Source: Eledone cirrhosa (taxonomy: Eukaryota). Taken from it: DNA of 64,000 bases. Both the position numbers and the translations under genes were made by a program. Position 1 is the first letter of the stretch. Each line of letters opens with the position of its first letter. The stretch spans positions 266,724,001 through 266,788,000 of the forward strand of contig OZ024742.1 in the NCBI GenBank assembly GCA_964016885.1. Direction: 5' to 3'. Of the stretch, positions 59,801 to 64,000 are shown one piece after another. Below the pieces are notes generated by a model. It was not told the DNA's origin. It searched no databases and saw only the letters and a list, made by a program, of their open reading frames with translations.

Positions 59801-61701
59801 TTTGAGTCTCAGTCATTGATGTTAGTTAACTGGAAAGTGTGTTGAAATGAATATCAAGCCACTACCTGCAGCCTCAGATATTCAGGACGTATCGGAGGGT
59901 TCTTGCTGTTCCCAGCAAGCATGCCTTTTGAAGCGTTCCCAAAAGCGTGAAGGGGCCAATTTTCTTTAACCATCCCTGGAAACTTTTTGAGATAGTCCCT
60001 AATACGCCTATGACAATCGGGATCACTTTGACTTCATTGCAGTTCCAAATCCTTTTTACCTCCCACTTTAAGTCCTGGTATCGGTTAATTTTCTCCCTCT
60101 CCTTCTCTTGTACTCTCGTGTCGAATGGGCAGGCCACATCCACAATCAGGCACGATCATTTTTCTTTGTCCACAACCACCAGGTCAGGTCTATTGTGTTC
60201 CAGTTTCTTGTCCGTCTGTATCCTAAAATCCCACAGCACCTTCACCTGATCGTTTTCTATCACCGCCTCTGGCTTATCTTCATACCACTTCTCAGAATGT
60301 GGTAAATTGTTTACTTTGCATAGGTGCCAGTGGATCACCCTGCCCATCACATCATGTCTCCAGCCCTTATAGTGAGTCTGGGCTAGGTGTTTACACTCGG
60401 ATACAATGTGAGCCACAGTCTCCTCTCTCTCTCCACAGATCCTGCACAGTGGGCTAGCCTCCTTCTTGTAAATATGGTGTTTCAACCATTTCGTTTTGAG
60501 GGCCTGCTCCTGCGCAGCCATTAACATTCCTTCTGTAGCCTTTTTAAGGTGTCCTCTTTTCAACCAGTTCCATGTCTGTGGATCTCTAAATTTAGTTTTC
60601 TCAAAGAAGATACTATGAAGGGATTTTTCCTGAAGGCTACTCTTTCTCCTTGATGTTATTTCCTCCTTGGACATCCGCTGGCCTATTGTCCCCTCCTTCA
60701 GTACAGTTCTGAGCATTGGCTCCTTACTATCAGTCACGTATTTGTGTAGGTTGTTTTTCTCCATCTGAACGCAGTCCTCTATGCTGATAAGACCTCTTCC
60801 ACCTTCAGAACTCCTTAAGTAGAGTCTATCGACACCACTCCTCTTGTGGAACATGTTGTAGATAGTCAATAGCTTCCTAGTCTTCCTATCCATTTCTTTT
60901 TGTTCAGCAACATTCCATCTAAGAATTCCCGCACTGTACCTAATAATAGACACAGCTCAGGAATTTACTGCACTTATGGCATTCCTACTGTTCAGATGTG
61001 ACTTTAATACGCTCCTTACTCTCCGAATGTATTCAGTTATTATCAATTCCTTCATTTTTTGTTCTTGATGTCATCAGCCGCCAGAACGCCCAAATACTTG
61101 TATCCTTCTTCAGAGTCAATTTCCTTTATCATCTCACCTGTTGGTACCTGGATTCCGTTACTTCTGCTCAACTTACCCCTCTTCATCACAATGACTCCAC
61201 ACTTACTAATACCAAATTGCATACATATATCATTGCTGAAAATACGGACAGTGTAAACAAGCACATCCAACTCCTTTTCACTCTTCCCGAAGAGCTTAAG
61301 ATCGTCCATGAAGAGGAGGTAATTGATGGTAAGCCCTCCCTTTCCCAACCTGTATCCTGCTCTCACTTTTCGCAGTACACTAGTCAGGGGCATCAGGGCG
61401 AGGACAAACAACAGAGGGGACAGACTACCTCTCTGGAAGATACCTCTCTTGACCTTCACGCTTCCCAAGGATTCTCCAGTTGATGTTAACTCTGTTTCCC
61501 AGGACTTCATACTTTTGCCCAACAACGTCTGATGTTATCTGCCACCTTGAAGATCTCCAGGCTTTTGGTGATCCAAGAATGAGGCACCATGTCAAATGCC
61601 TTTTTGTAGTCTATCCATCCCATGGCAAGACCAGTGTGTCTCCTCTTGCAATTCCTCATTACCATCTTATCAATAAGTAACTTGTCCTTTGTACCACGTG
61701 A

Positions 61702-61705
<4 letters not shown>
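59801..61705 (-). mobile_element. Dong family C subfamily 2, 5'-truncated copy
   Basis: Close match to 55093-57000; (TAA)n tail at 59768-59797; 5' junction into (TTC)n. Confidence 0.95.
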
Positions 61706-62035
<330 letters not shown>

Positions 62036-63502
62036 CTACTTTACCTAGATTATAAATTCATCTATATGTACCTATAATTATTGATACGTTTCTCTATGTT
62101 ACTAAATGACCAAATATTAATCTTTAACAGCTATAGTATTCAGGAATTTAAGTAACTAGTAATCAAGCAAATGTTTTAGTTGACCATGTAACATTTTTAG
62201 CGCTTTCTTGACTAAATTCCAGCGATGGCGCTTCAATGTATTTTTTTAAACTACGTACTTAAATAAGTTGCTCTTAAAGGGGAATGTCATTATGATTTTG
62301 ATAGTTACTATTCCATTTGATTTAAGCCAAAGATATCCTCTTTGTTAGATGAATGGCTATACTATTGAATATTTGATGAAGAGAAACCTTTTTCTCGACA
62401 TTATAAAGCTACATTTTAGCAGCTTCTATTCACCAAACAGCGTGATCCTTACGAGCAACAAGGTCGAACAATATGGTAATTTTGCTGACAACGACAGTGA
62501 CAATGGCAGCAACAGATATACCAAAAAATTACAAGAATATCCAGAACATAGAATTGGCAGCCAACGGACTATCGAATTACACCATACTCTTAAAAGTAGA
62601 ACACATTAAATAATGTAATCAGTTATAGAAGAGATGATGCGTATAATAAACGTTTTTCGTGGAGTTATGAAATTGTAATAGCGATCGATATAAATGATTA
62701 AAATAGTTACAGATATTTTTCAGTTGGTTATATGAAAAAGAAGAGGTAAAACTTGACCACCATTATTAAAATATTAAATTATTCTATTCGACAACATTTG
62801 CATAAACAGACATTTGTTTAGTGTAAGAGAGCTGTTACTGATTATGACTTAATATAAAGGATACTTGTATATTACATCATGTAGTAAGCTATGTAATTTT
62901 AATCAACAAAGATTGTATCAGTATTGAGGTGAAACAATTATTAATCTAATGACTAATTCTAGGCATGTTTATAGGACATACTACCCAACAATTTAAATTG
63001 TTTGTTGAGTTGGCACTTACATGGGATGAGTTTGATCGGTCCCAATCAGTGAATCCACAGCTGAAGATTCCCAAGTAAAGGATTATTAGAAATACTAACA
63101 GAAAAACTACCCTTCGGGTGGTTTTCTGCTAGCATGTGTAGTGTGTATATTGATATTATACACACATATATATGCATGTAGATATGATACATCAAATAAA
63201 ATCGTAATTGACAATATACACAGAAATTGAACGAAGTCTATGTTACACTGTCTTCTGTAATCAGTAAAGTAATCCATGATACATTTAAAAAAAGACGATA
63301 TTATATATAAACTGCATTAGGAGAAAATTAGCGACGGAAATATATGCAATATTTTTTTATAAGAGTTATAATATAACGGTCGCTAACCGGAAGTGTTGAC
63401 ATTTGAAAATTTTAAAGAAGTGAATCTTTAAATAAGCTATAAAATATATTTAATCAACAGCCACGAAATTTAGCATATAAATTATGTAATATTCATTCAT
63501 TA

Positions 63503-63690
63503 TGGATTGGCAGTATCGGTAGAGGGTCGGACGCCATGCTTTGACGCAAAGAGTTACAGCCCTTTATGGTCTGAGTTCAAATCCCGCCGAGGTTAACTTT
63601 GCCTTTCATCCTTACGGGGTCGATGAAATAAAGTACCAGTAATGCACTGGGATAATTGCTGGCCTTGTGCCAAAAGTAGAAATAACTATT
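63503..63690 (+). mobile_element. SINE copy
   Basis: A box, B box, core and TGGC-CTTGT-GCCA 3' stem-loop. Confidence 0.92.
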
Positions 63691-64000
63691 TATTCAAAGT
63701 AATCCAACTTATTTTACAAACGGGATAAAAAAATATATTCTGGATGCAGTCCCGCACTTCTTTCTTTATTATAGTTAGGATGGTTTTTGCAGGTGGTTTC
63801 CAGGAAAAAGCAGAACATTTGAATATGCACTCTAGTAATCAGTAACAACTAAATTGTGGCTAACTTAATTTAGAAGTAATACACCCATCTACAGCAGTGA
63901 ACTATATTGAAAATATATGTGAAGTTGTCGATAACCAAACAGGCTGAGGCAGCAAGCTCGTGTAATAATAGCAGTCACTATGTAAGAGATAACAAAGAGG

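Noticed and set aside
62349-62609. 86-aa ORF after a possible splice acceptor
   Set aside because: No recognisable homology or clear donor; compatible with chance.

Overview
AT-rich, microsatellite-dense eukaryotic DNA. The repeat mix (a tRNA-headed SINE, Dong/R4 LINEs, long (AT)n/(AC)n tracts) suggests a coleoid cephalopod such as Octopus, which is an inference. No host gene can be called with confidence; there are two weak minus-strand exon candidates. The window contains a decayed Helitron (1041-~4200) and a ~20.7-kb train of ten retroelements joined end to end through (TTA)n/(TAA)n (5333-26066): two Tx1-clade LINEs, four Dong/R4 LINEs including one intact 1130-aa ORF, three SINEs and a mini-Tx1. 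It also holds Penelope-like fragments and fold-backs with minimal hammerhead ribozymes, a perfect 391-bp palindrome, four copies of a ~608-bp bipartite non-autonomous RTE, and a second Dong cluster (55-62 kb). The most notable observation is a small stem-loop with a CYTRT loop and covarying stems, lying exactly 16 nt before the (TTA)n tail in both Tx1 LINEs and in the SINE. A copy of this signal also ends the 5' leader of both Tx1 families. This points to a (TTA)n-targeting Tx1 LINE/SINE partnership.
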